Origin: Caldisericia bacterium
GTDB taxonomy: Bacteria; Caldisericota; Caldisericia; JAAYUI01
DNA length: 64,000 nucleotides
Reading direction: 5' to 3'
Assembly (NCBI GenBank): GCA_963674785.1
Contig: OY771555.1
Location: 1,184,001 to 1,248,000 of the forward strand
How positions within the stretch are numbered: the first letter of the stretch is position 1; each line of letters begins with the position of its first letter. The notes beneath the pieces were generated by a model. That model had not been told where the DNA came from. It was given only the letters and a program-made list of their open reading frames with translations, and ran no database searches. The position numbers and the translations under genes were made by a program. This document shows positions 27,867 through 36,562 of this stretch, piece by piece.

Positions 27867-29534
27867 ATGGGAAAAAATGATAATCAAAGACCTGGAAGCA
27901 AATGGAGAAAACTCTGGTCTTACAAACACCATAGTGATAATTTCAAGTGGGTTGTCTATTGTGTGTTGTATTTGCTATTTTGTGTGGTTTTATGGCACTT
28001 AGCCTTAATAAAAATTCCAATGTCATATATAACGCAAGACCATTTCAAAACACCTGCACTGTATTTCTTCAGTGCTGTTGCCCAGACAATGGGTGCATTG
28101 CTGGCAATTACTTTCACAGTTTTTTATATTTCAGTCCAGAATTTCTATAAGAGAGATATTCAAAAAGTAAATGACAAAGAAAATAAAACTATTCAATACT
28201 TGAGAGAAGTTGCATTTGAGCCATTAAAAAGAATTATGCTTAACGACAAACACCTAATAGTCGGAATTTCTTCTGGAGTTTTATCTATCTTTTTGTCAAT
28301 AGTGGGTATACTTGTTATTTATATCCATTATTTCAACCCAAGAACTTTTTTGTTTGTAATTGTAGTATTATCACCAGTTGTTTTTTTAGGTATAGTTTCT
28401 TCTTTGTCGAATACAATGAAGTTTATTCGAAACCGGTTTGGGTATTATACGAATCCGATTACATATATACTCACAAAAGATGTGGAGGAGCGAAGAAATA
28501 TCTTTTCGAGCAGAGATTTTGTTAATGAGTTTGAGATCGCCATATTGACAAATGTATTAAACGGTGAGAGCAAGGGACAATCCAAGAATCTGATTGTATG
28601 CTCAATGGAGGAGATAAAAAATGATCAAGAATCGTATTCGATAATTGCCAAAAACATAGCATCGGATATTGGAAAGATTATTCTAAACTACAATGAAAGA
28701 AGTGAGGTGTCTAAAGAGATTATTGAAAGATTATTTGCTGAGGTTGAAAGCTTTGGCTATCAAACAAAAGAAGTAAATACCGCAAATGGGGCGACATTTG
28801 ATCACTATTATATTTTTGAATATTTTTCAAGATTGATTGTTAATGTATGTCGAGGTTCTGATACTTTTCCTGAAAACCATAAGACTCTAAAGGAGAGGAC
28901 TGAGGAGATAACTTTGCAAGATGAAAACAAGCCTAGTAATAAGCCTTATCCGTATCTTTTCAAATACCATATTCTAAAGAATTTTGGAGTTCAGCCTTAT
29001 AAACTCATCCGAATAGATGAAATCCTTCCAAAATATAGTTTGGGAGTTATCGATATGGTTATTGGAGGGAAATTTGATTTAGAAAATATTACTCGAAATG
29101 ATAAGATTGATTTTTGCTGTATTTTTTTGCAGGATATTTTCTTAAGTTATTTTCGCCAGTTAACCTCTAGAATATCTGATGCAAATGTAGCTTTTAATTT
29201 TCAAAAAACCTTACTACCTGATATTACCGAGATAAAGAAAATAAAGAAAAATTACAAGGAATGCTATAAAAAATATAACTTAGACATTTTTGAAAAATAT
29301 ATTAATCCGATAAAATTTTCAATTCTCGCCTATGTATCGTCAACTTCAATGCATATCAGAGGATGGATTCTCCCATACATTGATGCAATCTTTTTCTTCG
29401 TCACTGGAGTCGATATTAGACTCTCGCAAATGGACTTGAGAATGCTACATCTTGAAAAGAAAAACATTGACTCTCAGAATTATAAAATCCCGGAAATACT
29501 GACATTTTTAAATGAGTATATTAATCAAGACTAA
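27867..29534 (+). CDS. Hypothetical protein with about four N-terminal TM helices (DUF2254-like) and a helical C-terminus; AT-rich
   Basis: YFFSAVAQTMGALLAITFT motif. Own promoter TTGACC-16-GATAAT. Stop overlaps the stop of the convergent gene. Confidence 0.7.
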   Translation: MGKNDNQRPGSKWRKLWSYKHHSDNFKWVVYCVLYLLFCVVLWHLALIKIPMSYITQDHFKTPALYFFSAVAQTMGALLAITFTVFYISVQNFYKRDIQKVNDKENKTIQYLREVAFEPLKRIMLNDKHLIVGISSGVLSIFLSIVGILVIYIHYFNPRTFLFVIVVLSPVVFLGIVSSLSNTMKFIRNRFGYYTNPITYILTKDVEERRNIFSSRDFVNEFEIAILTNVLNGESKGQSKNLIVCSMEEIKNDQESYSIIAKNIASDIGKIILNYNERSEVSKEIIERLFAEVESFGYQTKEVNTANGATFDHYYIFEYFSRLIVNVCRGSDTFPENHKTLKERTEEITLQDENKPSNKPYPYLFKYHILKNFGVQPYKLIRIDEILPKYSLGVIDMVIGGKFDLENITRNDKIDFCCIFLQDIFLSYFRQLTSRISDANVAFNFQKTLLPDITEIKKIKKNYKECYKKYNLDIFEKYINPIKFSILAYVSSTSMHIRGWILPYIDAIFFFVTGVDIRLSQMDLRMLHLEKKNIDSQNYKIPEILTFLNEYINQD

Positions 29535-30286
29535 CCCCCACACCTCATCTTCCCCTTAGTCCCTAGCGAATCCAACGCCTCTTCTGGGCAGTGGTTGATA
29601 CACCCATAACAAGCAGAACACGGAGCTTTGATTTTTGGAAATGGGTCAAGTGTGATACACCCTGTTGGGCATACGCTAGCGCACACTCCGCACTTTGTGC
29701 ATTTGTTTTTGTCGACCTTTACCCTAAACCATGTCCAAAGCCAGGTGCGAGTATAAAATGGCACGATGAGGTCATGCCAACTGAAGTTGGATTCTGGCGC
29801 TGGTTTTTTCTCTGTTTTTCCGCTTGCAATTTTTAGGGTTTTTGTGGCAAAATTCATTGGGTCATTTGAAACTTTTTTCTTTTGTTTCTCAGCAATTTCT
29901 GCCAGCTTTTCTGGAGTCCTTAAAACTGTCCAGGTTTCCTCAGCAACACCCATCCCCCAGTTTCTGACATCAAACCCTTTTTTGGTCATGAGCCTGAAGG
30001 TTCTTGTGATAGCATTTGCAACCTTACCTGCGTATGTCACATAGATAAATGCTTTCTTGCTGTTTTGTTTCTGAAGTCTTTTTATCCAGTGGGTTATCAT
30101 CCACGGGGCAGCCCAGGCATATACAGGGAAACAAACCCCGACTATATCAAAACTATCTATGGCTAGGTCGCCACTAACTGGGATGATTTCCGAACTAGCC
30201 CCAAGCTGATTGAAGCTGTCAGAGATTTCACGGGCGAACTTTTTTGTGTTGCCCGTTCCTGAAAAATAAACTATGCCTATTTTCAC
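29531..30286 (-). CDS. EFR1-family flavodoxin-ferredoxin fusion
   Basis: YFSGTGNT, FPVYA, CTKCGVCASVCP, CSACYGCINHCP. Confidence 0.9.
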   Translation of the reverse strand: MKIGIVYFSGTGNTKKFAREISDSFNQLGASSEIIPVSGDLAIDSFDIVGVCFPVYAWAAPWMITHWIKRLQKQNSKKAFIYVTYAGKVANAITRTFRLMTKKGFDVRNWGMGVAEETWTVLRTPEKLAEIAEKQKKKVSNDPMNFATKTLKIASGKTEKKPAPESNFSWHDLIVPFYTRTWLWTWFRVKVDKNKCTKCGVCASVCPTGCITLDPFPKIKAPCSACYGCINHCPEEALDSLGTKGKMRCGG

Positions 30287-31062
30287 TTTTTCTGACTTTC
30301 CATGATTTTTTTGATGGTTTTTTTGAAGATTTTTGGTGTGAGATTTTTGAATGGGAATCTCACAATGAGGAATGATCTGAGTCTGTTTCGCCAGTTTGGC
30401 ATGCAGATGACTTTCTTTGATTTCAGATTTTTCAGTGAGTAATCAACAACAAACTCAACCGAATCAATATGCATTTTTAAGATATTTTCGTCTTCATTCT
30501 CGGTGTGTTCCCTGAGAAGCTCTGTATCGGTTGGCCCTGGGCAGAATGCCTGGACTTTGATGCCGAGGTCGCCATATTCAAAATGCAGTGCTTCAGAGAA
30601 TGCAACCATGAAGTTTTTTGTTGTGGAGTAAACCACGTCAATCGTTGCATTTCTCATGAATGCTGCCGTTGATGCGACATTGATTATTGTTCCAGATTTC
30701 TGCTGTATCATGTGCGGAAGCGCTTTGTGGGTCAATCTCACAGGGACTTCACAATGAAGTTGAACCTTGTTCTTTTGGCTTAAAATGTCTAACTCATCAA
30801 ATCTTCCGAATGCTCCAAAACCTGCATTGTTGATGAGAAAATCGACTCCAGATTCCGTGATTTTTTCTTCAACTTTTGTTATGTCTTCTTCACAAGTAAG
30901 ATTAGCAACAAGGATTTCAGCATTTTTGATTTTGCTTGCCACACCTTCAAGTCTGTCTTTTCTTCTTGCGACCAGGATTATTTTATATCCAAGCTTATCG
31001 AGCTGATAAGCATATTCTTCACCAATTCCACTTGATGCACCTGTTATTAATGCTGTTTTCAT
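30283..31062 (-). CDS. Short-chain dehydrogenase/reductase
   Basis: TGASSGIG, INNAGFG, YSTTK, CPGPTDT. Confidence 0.92.
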   Translation of the reverse strand: MKTALITGASSGIGEEYAYQLDKLGYKIILVARRKDRLEGVASKIKNAEILVANLTCEEDITKVEEKITESGVDFLINNAGFGAFGRFDELDILSQKNKVQLHCEVPVRLTHKALPHMIQQKSGTIINVASTAAFMRNATIDVVYSTTKNFMVAFSEALHFEYGDLGIKVQAFCPGPTDTELLREHTENEDENILKMHIDSVEFVVDYSLKNLKSKKVICMPNWRNRLRSFLIVRFPFKNLTPKIFKKTIKKIMESQKK

Positions 31063-31074
31063 TTTTGTTCTCCC

Positions 31075-31872
31075 TTATCTTTTTTGATTTATGATGTCGG
31101 CAGTACTTGTGCCTGCAAACTTATACTGAGGGTTGCTCTCTGTTTTTTTATTTCTGTGGATCGCGTTTTGCGGACAGAAATGAAGGCAGGCAAGGCACTC
31201 TTGGCAATTACCGTTCCAACTTGGTTTTTCATTATTGAAACTAATGTTTGCAACTGGACAAATCTTTTCACATATTTTGCATGAGTTGCAAGAATCAAGA
31301 ACATAAAACTTTTTATTCACTTCTGGAAGGTTCTTCCTCCATTTTTTGTACATCCCACCGATAAACCATGAAAGGAGCGGATTTCCGTTTTCGATTCCCT
31401 TTTCTTCTGCAAGAACTTTGAGTCCTATTGTATCAACTTTTTTCATCGCAGATTCATTGATTACTAGTTGTTTTTCCATCGGAGGGATTTTGAGCATTAC
31501 TGAATAGTTGTCAACGAATCTGACATTGTAACCTGCATCAAGCGTATTTCCGTTTTTCTCCAATGTTGTTTTCAGTTGATTCAAAACCATCTTAGTGTTG
31601 GAGATTGGGTTTCCAATTGTTACTACACCAAAGGTGTATTTGGTTTTTGAAAGATCAAGCTTTGAGACAAAATCTTCAACAATTTTTGGGAGTCCCATGA
31701 AATAGATTGGGAATACAATGCCAAGCCGATATGCCCCGGGTGTGATTTTGTCTTGGTTTACTAGTCCTGCGATTCCCTGGAGTTCACAGTCTTCACCAAG
31801 GTTTTTTGCAAGTCTTCTTGCAGTCGCAAGAGAGTTACCAGTTCCTGTAAAATAATAAATTGTCGTTTTCAT
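31075..31872 (-). CDS. EFR1-family flavodoxin-ferredoxin fusion
   Basis: YFTGTGNS, FPIY, CNSCKICEKICP, CQECLACLHFCP. Confidence 0.9.
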   Translation of the reverse strand: MKTTIYYFTGTGNSLATARRLAKNLGEDCELQGIAGLVNQDKITPGAYRLGIVFPIYFMGLPKIVEDFVSKLDLSKTKYTFGVVTIGNPISNTKMVLNQLKTTLEKNGNTLDAGYNVRFVDNYSVMLKIPPMEKQLVINESAMKKVDTIGLKVLAEEKGIENGNPLLSWFIGGMYKKWRKNLPEVNKKFYVLDSCNSCKICEKICPVANISFNNEKPSWNGNCQECLACLHFCPQNAIHRNKKTESNPQYKFAGTSTADIINQKR

Positions 31873-31883
31873 ATAAAATCTCC

Positions 31884-32201
31884 TTATTTTGTGGCAAGAT
31901 TCAATCCGACAACCCCAATTATTATCAGAGCAAGTGAGAGCATTTTGAATGTTGTTGCTGGTTCTTTGAAAACAAACATCCCAATGATTGCAATTGATGC
32001 TGTTCCCACACCAGACCAGATCGCGTATGCCACTGCAATATCTATCTCTTTTAAAGCCATCACAAGAGTGACGATGCTTATCGCATAGAAAACAAAAACA
32101 AGAATCGATGGAGTGAGTTTTGTAAAACCCTCTGAAAGCTTCATCATCGTCGTTCCAGTTACTTCAAAAGCAATTGCAAGTGTTAGATATATCCAGTTCA
32201 T
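31884..32201 (-). CDS. SMR-family multidrug efflux transporter
   Basis: WIYLTLAIAFEVTGT, AYAIWSGVG, 4 TM. Start ATG 32201 (alternative GTG 32234). Confidence 0.92.
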   Translation of the reverse strand: MNWIYLTLAIAFEVTGTTMMKLSEGFTKLTPSILVFVFYAISIVTLVMALKEIDIAVAYAIWSGVGTASIAIIGMFVFKEPATTFKMLSLALIIIGVVGLNLATK

Positions 32202-32272
32202 TATTTGATCCTTTTGTTTCGGAGATTTTGACACTGGAGTTAGATTATTGTTTTATTTATGTTTACACAAAT

Positions 32273-32302
32273 AAAAAGGACTAGCGAAAGTCGCTAGTCC
32301 TT
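32273..32302 (-). terminator. Rho-independent terminator of trxA
   Basis: AAGGACTAGCGA/TCGCTAGTCCTT stem with an A-run on the + strand. Confidence 0.8.
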
Positions 32303-32326
32303 CGAAAATCTTGGATTGTTTCAATT

Positions 32327-32653
32327 CTATAGATTGAAGTTTGCTTTGATTTTTGCTTCGAGCATTGGTTTTGGAACAGCACCTATGAGTGTATCGACTC
32401 TTTTGCCGTCCTTGTAGAAAAGGATTGTTGGAATTGATGTAACTCCGTTTGCTCCTGCGAGTCTCTGCTGCTCATCCACGTTGATTTTTGCAAATGTGAT
32501 TTTGCCATCATATTGACCTGCGAGCTCCTCGATGACTGGACCAATCATTTTGCAAGGGCCACACCATGGTGCCCAAAAGTCAACAACTATTGCTTCTCCA
32601 GCTACGATTTTTGCCTCGAGCTGGTCATCTGTCATATTCAATTTTTCACTCAT
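32327..32653 (-). CDS. trxA: Thioredoxin
   Basis: VDFWAPWCGPCK, SIPT; SD GGAGG before ATG 32653. Confidence 0.95.
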   Translation of the reverse strand: MSEKLNMTDDQLEAKIVAGEAIVVDFWAPWCGPCKMIGPVIEELAGQYDGKITFAKINVDEQQRLAGANGVTSIPTILFYKDGKRVDTLIGAVPKPMLEAKIKANFNL

Positions 32654-32754
32654 TTTTTCCTCCTGTATCTCTTTGAGACCTTGACAAAAAATTTTAGTCA
32701 AGACCTTTCAGATTTCAATAAATAAATTATTAAGCTTGTCTATATCACCAAAAA

Positions 32755-33276
32755 TTATGGGTTGTACTCAATCCTGTCCGCTGGAATTTTGTCTTTTATT
32801 GCTTCGAAAAAATCTTTGTGGTTTATGATTGAAAAGCCTCCGATCTTGTTTTCCTTCCAATCGATTTCTACAAAATACCCAGTCTTTGCACTATACAGAG
32901 TCCTTTTTGAAAAATGAATTTGAAAATGATTTCTTTTTATAAACCGGATTGTCTTTATGTCATCGAAGTCGATAGTTTGAGAAAAAACTCCATCTTTTTG
33001 ATCGAACCCGTAATGCAGGTTTTCATTGATTTTTATAAACAGATTGAAAACTCTTGTTTTATATTTCCATACTTGGTAAAGCATAACCAATAAAACCCAT
33101 AATATGAAGAATAATGTCGCAATCCAGAAATAGCTAAAATTTGATTTATTGTAGGTAAGTGTGATTATTAGAAATATAAACTCAAAAAATAATACAATCT
33201 GCAAGTGTTTTATTAAGCTCAAAAAGAAGACAAACTTATATGAAATTTTCTGCTCCTCGAAAAAACTGTTTTCCAT
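32755..33276 (-). CDS. 2-TM + bacterial PH-like domain protein (divergent paralog)
   Basis: FEEQK, two TM helices, VEIDW...GFSIINH shared with the upstream gene. Confidence 0.7.
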   Translation of the reverse strand: MENSFFEEQKISYKFVFFLSLIKHLQIVLFFEFIFLIITLTYNKSNFSYFWIATLFFILWVLLVMLYQVWKYKTRVFNLFIKINENLHYGFDQKDGVFSQTIDFDDIKTIRFIKRNHFQIHFSKRTLYSAKTGYFVEIDWKENKIGGFSIINHKDFFEAIKDKIPADRIEYNP

Positions 33277-33279
33277 TTT

Positions 33280-33798
33280 TTACTTAACCTCCTTCTGAAT
33301 GAATTCTGGTGCAATTGTGAATTTGTCGCCTACGTAATCTCTAAAAACACGAGAAAGTTCCTCATGATTTCTAATCGAAAAACCATGTTTTTTGTTGTCC
33401 CCCCAGTCCACTTCGACCATGCGACCAATCTTTGCAATATAGTTCCACCTGCCGCCTCGCCCTAGCCTGATGCCGAGTCCTCCAGCCCTCCAAAGACCGT
33501 ACTCTACGAGACGAGCTGATTTGATTTGGTCAAATGGGATCGATACGATGAATGGTCTGAAGCCGAATTCAAGTTTTTCCTCGTCAGCTCTGACATAGAG
33601 AAATCTGAAAAAATAGGTCAAAACAAAAATTATCACAATATCTATTGTGAGAACAAATGGGATTACTACCTTTAGTTCTGAAATATCCTCTGGTACAAAA
33701 ATAAAAGGGATGACTACAGCAGCAATTGTAATTGCAAGAATAAGGATAATAACCCACACAAACCCAGCCATCTGTTGTTTTTCTTCAAATAACCACAT
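33280..33798 (-). CDS. 2-TM + bacterial PH-like domain protein
   Basis: FEEKQ, two TM helices, IPFDQIKS, GGLGIR, VEVDW...GFSIRNH. Confidence 0.75.
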   Translation of the reverse strand: MWLFEEKQQMAGFVWVIILILAITIAAVVIPFIFVPEDISELKVVIPFVLTIDIVIIFVLTYFFRFLYVRADEEKLEFGFRPFIVSIPFDQIKSARLVEYGLWRAGGLGIRLGRGGRWNYIAKIGRMVEVDWGDNKKHGFSIRNHEELSRVFRDYVGDKFTIAPEFIQKEVK

Positions 33799-33837
33799 GT
33801 TTGTATTTTATATGGTTTTTTGATTTTTGACAAGCAT

Positions 33838-33870
33838 AAAAAAAGACCATCCTTGCTAGGATGGTCTTTT
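33838..33870. terminator. Rho-independent terminator (bidirectional form)
   Basis: AAAAGACCATCCT-tgct-AGGATGGTCTTTT. Confidence 0.8.
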
Positions 33871-33895
33871 GAATATATATCTAGTTTGATATGCT

Positions 33896-34705
33896 TTACT
33901 CTTCGTCTGAATCTTTGTTTGATGTGATCTCAGATACTATCTCGTGTTCACGATTGAGCTTGATTGCAACAACAGAACCAGCAGGAAGTGATGGTGCTTC
34001 AACCTCATATTTTTCAAGGACATTGTGCTCAATAAGACCATTTAAGAAGTCAAATTTTGCCGCGAGTTCATGACCTACGAGTGAATCTGGGAGCATTGTT
34101 TTTGCTACTTTTGAAAGCCCAATGTAGCTCATTGAACTCTTTTCCCATCTGTTCATGAGTTTTACAAAGGTTTTGACTGCAATTTCTGGGTCAGCAGTTT
34201 CTGTTGGTACAAAACCAAGAACCTGTTCGATATCAATGAAGCTTGTTGCAGCTGTAATTATTTCAGAACCTGTTGATGATTCTATGCCCATCAAATGAAC
34301 TTCTTTTCCCATCCTGGTTAGTTTATAAACAAGATCGGTGAAATTATTATTCCCGGTAAGGAGGTAGAAATGTTCGACATCTGGGTGGTTGAGAGCAAAC
34401 TCAATGCCGTCCATACTCATGATAAGGTCGGTGGTTGATTCTTTATTGTCTCCACCATAACGTCTTCTTTTATGAGCGAATCTTATTTCGAGACCAAGAT
34501 TGTGGATTTTTGCCATCAGATCAACAAATTCAACCCAGTCCGCATATGATGTAGCCATGTATATCCTGTGTTTTGCTCTGATGTGATCAAAAAGATTTGG
34601 TAAAAATAATTTTAGATCAAGATCCTGATGATAGGCGTTTTTGAAACTATACCAGATATTTTCAAAATCCATCATTATTGCGCAGCCACTCTTAGATTCA
34701 AACAT
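33896..34705 (-). CDS. NYN (LabA/DUF88, PIN-fold) domain protein with degenerate active site
   Basis: MDFENI, YADW, KESTTDLIMSMD, LTGNNNFTDLV, GKEVHLMG. Confidence 0.8.
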   Translation of the reverse strand: MFESKSGCAIMMDFENIWYSFKNAYHQDLDLKLFLPNLFDHIRAKHRIYMATSYADWVEFVDLMAKIHNLGLEIRFAHKRRRYGGDNKESTTDLIMSMDGIEFALNHPDVEHFYLLTGNNNFTDLVYKLTRMGKEVHLMGIESSTGSEIITAATSFIDIEQVLGFVPTETADPEIAVKTFVKLMNRWEKSSMSYIGLSKVAKTMLPDSLVGHELAAKFDFLNGLIEHNVLEKYEVEAPSLPAGSVVAIKLNREHEIVSEITSNKDSDEE

Positions 34706-34766
34706 TAGTTTGGTCTCCTTAATTAATTTTAAGTTTATTACATCAATCTGGGGATAACATTCCAGC

Positions 34767-35501
34767 TCAATCTCTCATTCTAGCATAAATCTCAGGCAAT
34801 GCAATACCTGATTTCAAGGGAATTACATAGTCAGCAAAATCATCAAGCTCGGATTCTTCAGGGTTTATGAGTATCACAGTTGCCCCACTTTGTTTTGCGA
34901 TGACGGCAAGGTCAGCAGCAGGTCTTACCATTCCGCTTGTTCCAATTACCATGTACACTTCACAATTGATCGCGGCGTGAACCGATTCATTCCATTCCTT
35001 TTGTGGTAAGGGTTCACCAAACCAGACAACATCTGGTCTAATCATTCCGCCACAATATGGACATACTGGTGGTTTTGGGGTTTCCTCTTCCAAAACAAAT
35101 CCGATTCCGCAGTCAAGACATTTGTTTCTGAAGATATTTCCGTGGAGCTCAAGAACCTTTTTAGAGCCGGCCTTGATGTGTAGATCGTCGATGTTCTGGG
35201 TTGAGATTATTATTGACTCAAGGTGTCTTTCCAATTTTGAAAGTGTAAGATGTGATGGGTTAGGTTTGACCCCTCTAATTCGTTTTCTCCGTGACTCATA
35301 CCACTTCCAGACCTTTTCAGGCTGTGATTTAAATCCGTTTACGGTTGCCCATTCCATTGGGTTTAAGTTTGCCCACACCCCATCATTTTCTCTGAAAGTT
35401 GGAATACCAGATTCCGCAGAGATCCCAGCTCCTGTTAGACAGGCAACCCTTCTTACCGTGGATAAGCACTCAGCAACCTCATAGAACAATTCATTGTACA
35501 T
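34767..35501 (-). CDS. cobB: NAD-dependent protein deacylase (sirtuin, class III-like)
   Basis: GAGISAESGIPTFR, YESR (YxxR), TQNIDDLH, LHG, two CxxC, RPDVVWFGE, GTSG. Confidence 0.93.
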   Translation of the reverse strand: MYNELFYEVAECLSTVRRVACLTGAGISAESGIPTFRENDGVWANLNPMEWATVNGFKSQPEKVWKWYESRRKRIRGVKPNPSHLTLSKLERHLESIIISTQNIDDLHIKAGSKKVLELHGNIFRNKCLDCGIGFVLEEETPKPPVCPYCGGMIRPDVVWFGEPLPQKEWNESVHAAINCEVYMVIGTSGMVRPAADLAVIAKQSGATVILINPEESELDDFADYVIPLKSGIALPEIYARMRD

Positions 35502-35620
35502 ATTTGTAGGTTATTCTATATGTTAACTTAATATTTTGCAAGTTGATGTTTTGTAGATGAGTTATTTTTTATACTTTTGAATCACTTGAAAAACTTTCTC
35601 TGCGTCAGTAAATTTTAGAT

Positions 35621-36427
35621 ATGACAATCAATTCATCGGAAGAAATCTATGGAGATTTAGGCAAAAAACTCATCCTTGAAAATCTCTTGGAGTTTTATCG
35701 TCTAACATATTCGGATTTCCCGGGTGTCAGGCTTGTTGATATTCCTGATTATTTCTATTACGAAAGCATTTCTCCAGAGCTTGAAAACTATTCTTTTAAC
35801 AGGGTCGTTTTCTGTAACACAATCGAAGAAAAAATTCGAACTTTGTTGGATAGGTTTAGTAATGTTCCGTCTGCATTTTGGACACCTCCAGAGAGTAAAC
35901 CAAAAGATATAAGAAGTATTCTTGTCGAGTATGGGTATGAGCTATTGCAAGATTGTCCGGGTATGATTATGGATTTGAGTGATGATAGAGATAAGTTTTT
36001 TATTGAATCAGATTTGGTTATCAAAAAGGTTGTTGATTTAAAAACGTCAGGTGACTTTATCAAAGTCGACAAGGTGAAATACAACAGAAAACCAATAACA
36101 GGTGAATCCATAGGCAGAAGGTTTGAGGTTCTTATGTCTGTAGCATCACCTTGGGAAAGATGGGTAGGATATTTTGATGATGTTCCGGTTGCAACTGCTG
36201 CATCCTTTACATTCAATGGAATTACCGGTCTTTATTCAGTCTCAACTCTTGAAGAGTTTAGAGGGCATGGTTTTGGAACAGCAATAACTGTGCAACCGAT
36301 TCTAAATGCTATTAAAAAAGGAATCAATCGATTTGTTCTTCAGGCTACTGATAAATCTGTCAGAATCTACAGAAAGCTAGGATTTATTGAAATTTGCAAA
36401 TATGGATTTTGGAGTAGCAAAAAATAA
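35621..36427 (+). CDS. GNAT-family N-acetyltransferase
   Basis: VSTLEEFRGHGFGT, LQAT...IYRKLGF. Confidence 0.88.
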   Translation: MTINSSEEIYGDLGKKLILENLLEFYRLTYSDFPGVRLVDIPDYFYYESISPELENYSFNRVVFCNTIEEKIRTLLDRFSNVPSAFWTPPESKPKDIRSILVEYGYELLQDCPGMIMDLSDDRDKFFIESDLVIKKVVDLKTSGDFIKVDKVKYNRKPITGESIGRRFEVLMSVASPWERWVGYFDDVPVATAASFTFNGITGLYSVSTLEEFRGHGFGTAITVQPILNAIKKGINRFVLQATDKSVRIYRKLGFIEICKYGFWSSKK

Positions 36428-36562
36428 ATTTACAATACTACATGACTATTCCTTATTTGATGGGGAATAACTCATACAAGACTTAAAAACGCTTTTTGGT
36501 TTTAATGAAATGTAAATGAATTGATATATTGACAAGTGTCTGTACCTCCGAATAATGGGAGT

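Noticed and set aside
29531-31872. Ferredoxin domains as HgcB (mercury methylation)
   Set aside because: Both are fused to flavodoxin, lack the HgcB motifs, and no hgcA is adjacent.
33896-35501. Sirtuin + NYN as a Thoeris/DSR-like defence pair
   Set aside because: The sirtuin is a canonical Zn-binding CobB deacylase, not a SIR2_2 NADase effector.
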